Shown here: one piece after another, positions 22,971 through 24,000 of the stretch | How the letters are laid out: each line of letters opens with the position of its first letter | How positions within the stretch are numbered: position 1 is the stretch's first letter | Origin: Candidatus Iainarchaeum sp. | GTDB lineage: Archaea; B1Sed10-29 | Assembly (NCBI GenBank): GCA_003558235.1 | Contig: PWMI01000075.1 | Location: 1 to 24,000, forward strand | Direction of reading: 5' to 3' | Length of the DNA stretch: 24,000 nucleotides | Notes under the pieces: model-generated | Databases searched by the model: none | What the model was told of the DNA's origin: nothing | What the model saw: the letters and a program-made list of their open reading frames with translations, nothing else | Translations under genes and position numbers: made by a program

Positions 22971-24000
22971 ATGATGTCAAAAATTAAGAAAAAGGAACTG
23001 GAACTGAAGAAGCTTAAACAGAAAGAAGCGCAAGAAGCAGCTAAAGAGTTGAAGAAGAAGATAGCAAAGGACTCAACTCTTACAAAGAATGTTTCTGATG
23101 TTGAACTAAAACGTAGAGAAGAAAAAATTGGAAATTTAGTCCAAAATCTGAAAACATATGAAGAAGTGAAAGGATCATATTCCCGCACAAAACTAAAAGA
23201 ACTTAAAAAGCAGATAGAAGAAGGTCAAAAGTATGTAAAAAATTACATCCTTCCAGATGTGAAAGAGGTACAAAAAGAATATGCTGGTGGAACCAAAGGA
23301 AGACGTCTTAAGAATCAGATAAATCGTCTTGAAGAAATCTCTGGAGTTAAAGTTGAGAGAAAGAAAGCAGAAGCAGCAGAAGCCGAGAGAAAGAAAGAAC
23401 AAATTAAACAAAGAACTGGGGAACTAGGAGAAAAATATGCTGAAGAAGTAAAGTGGAAAGCAGAACTGAGAGAACTAGGAAAAAAGTATGAAGAAGCAGG
23501 AACAAGGAAGGAAAAAGAAAAAGCTCTAAAAGAATTAAAGAAACATCAAAAAAGATCACCAGAATATGAAAAAGGGCTAAAGGAATTGAAGGAAAAGCAA
23601 CGAAAAGCTACTTCAAGCAAAAACAAAAAGAAATTCGGGAAAAAAATAGAAGAATACAAGGGAAAAGGACCAACAGCTCAGAGACAGGCATTAAAAGAAG
23701 TGTCTGAAGAAGCACAACAAGGAATGAAGATGTTCAGAGGTCCAAAGCAGACTATGGAAGGAGTCAACAAACAAGTTGAAAGGTTACAAGGTAGAATGGC
23801 GCACCTCAAGGAAGAAGCCTCAAAAGGAAATATAAGCACAGCAAAATACAACAGAGAAAGAAACAACCTCGTGGGCCAAATAAAGAAAGTAAGAAAATCA
23901 GCATCAGGACCTGCTAAGAGAGGAAAAACTCCAAAATGGGTTAAAACAGAAGAAAAAGAAACTAAAAGAAGAAAAAAAGACTCAGACATTAAAAGAGAAC
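22971..24000 (+). CDS. Lys/Glu-rich coiled-coil-like protein, 3'-truncated by the window edge (absent from the ORF track)
   Basis: I translated this frame by hand. ATG ATG at 22971 follows GGAGG (22956-22960). The frame then stays open for 343 codons to the window end: MMSKIKKKELELKKLKQKEAQEAAKELKKK...KWVKTEEKETKRRKKDSDIKRE. The three minus-strand track ORFs in this interval (22820..23188, 23193..23411, 23678..23989) are F/S/L-rich antisense shadows. No TM segment, signal peptide or family recognised. Confidence 0.6.
   Translation, partial: MMSKIKKKELELKKLKQKEAQEAAKELKKKIAKDSTLTKNVSDVELKRREEKIGNLVQNLKTYEEVKGSYSRTKLKELKKQIEEGQKYVKNYILPDVKEVQKEYAGGTKGRRLKNQINRLEEISGVKVERKKAEAAEAERKKEQIKQRTGELGEKYAEEVKWKAELRELGKKYEEAGTRKEKEKALKELKKHQKRSPEYEKGLKELKEKQRKATSSKNKKKFGKKIEEYKGKGPTAQRQALKEVSEEAQQGMKMFRGPKQTMEGVNKQVERLQGRMAHLKEEASKGNISTAKYNRERNNLVGQIKKVRKSASGPAKRGKTPKWVKTEEKETKRRKKDSDIKRE

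Noticed and set aside
1-24000. CRISPR arrays or long direct or inverted repeats.
   Set aside because: By eye I found no regularly spaced repeats longer than the 9-bp TTGTAA units at 8514-8546. I could not run a systematic repeat search.

Overview
Gene-dense archaeal chromosomal segment. The archaeal assignment rests on aRF1, Dph2, Pus7/TruD, BHB-intron tRNAs, an AglB/STT3-like oligosaccharyltransferase, a DGGGP-synthase-like UbiA enzyme and a form III RuBisCO. A small-genome (DPANN-like) host is only a guess. I support about 27 protein genes, 3 tRNAs (two with introns) and one candidate box C/D sRNA. No CRISPR array, integrase or transposase is visible.

Layout:
- 1-5.1 kb: surface glycosylation cluster (flippase-like protein, GT2, AglB-like GT-C, PMT/ArnT-like GT-C).
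- 5.1-8.4 kb: translation-related genes (truD, aRF1, dph2).
- 8.5-9.9 kb: small accessory-looking patch (RelE toxin/antitoxin, tRNA-Trp, small ORF, tRNA-Arg, C/D sRNA candidate).
- 9.9-18.5 kb: TrmB regulator, surface protein, MetRS, PHP phosphoesterase, XPD helicase, two unlisted small genes, RuBisCO.
- 18.5-22.8 kb: KaiC-like ATPase, UbiA prenyltransferase, ScpA, ScpB, secretion ATPase, tRNA-Ile.
- 22.97 kb to the window end: an open-ended Lys/Glu-rich ORF that is absent from the supplied ORF track.

Most noteworthy observations:
1. The aRF1 gene encodes GGW where the universal catalytic GGQ should be.
2. tRNA-Trp carries two BHB introns (37/38 and 53/54), and the first contains a K-turn (box D'/C'-like) motif.
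3. A well-formed box C/D sRNA candidate lies at 9826-9882.
4. Strand composition is extremely asymmetric and flips polarity several times. Synonymous codon choice is mirrored in genes of minority orientation, and many long shadow ORFs result.
5. The AglB-like enzyme is minimal and has WWEGH in place of WWDYG.
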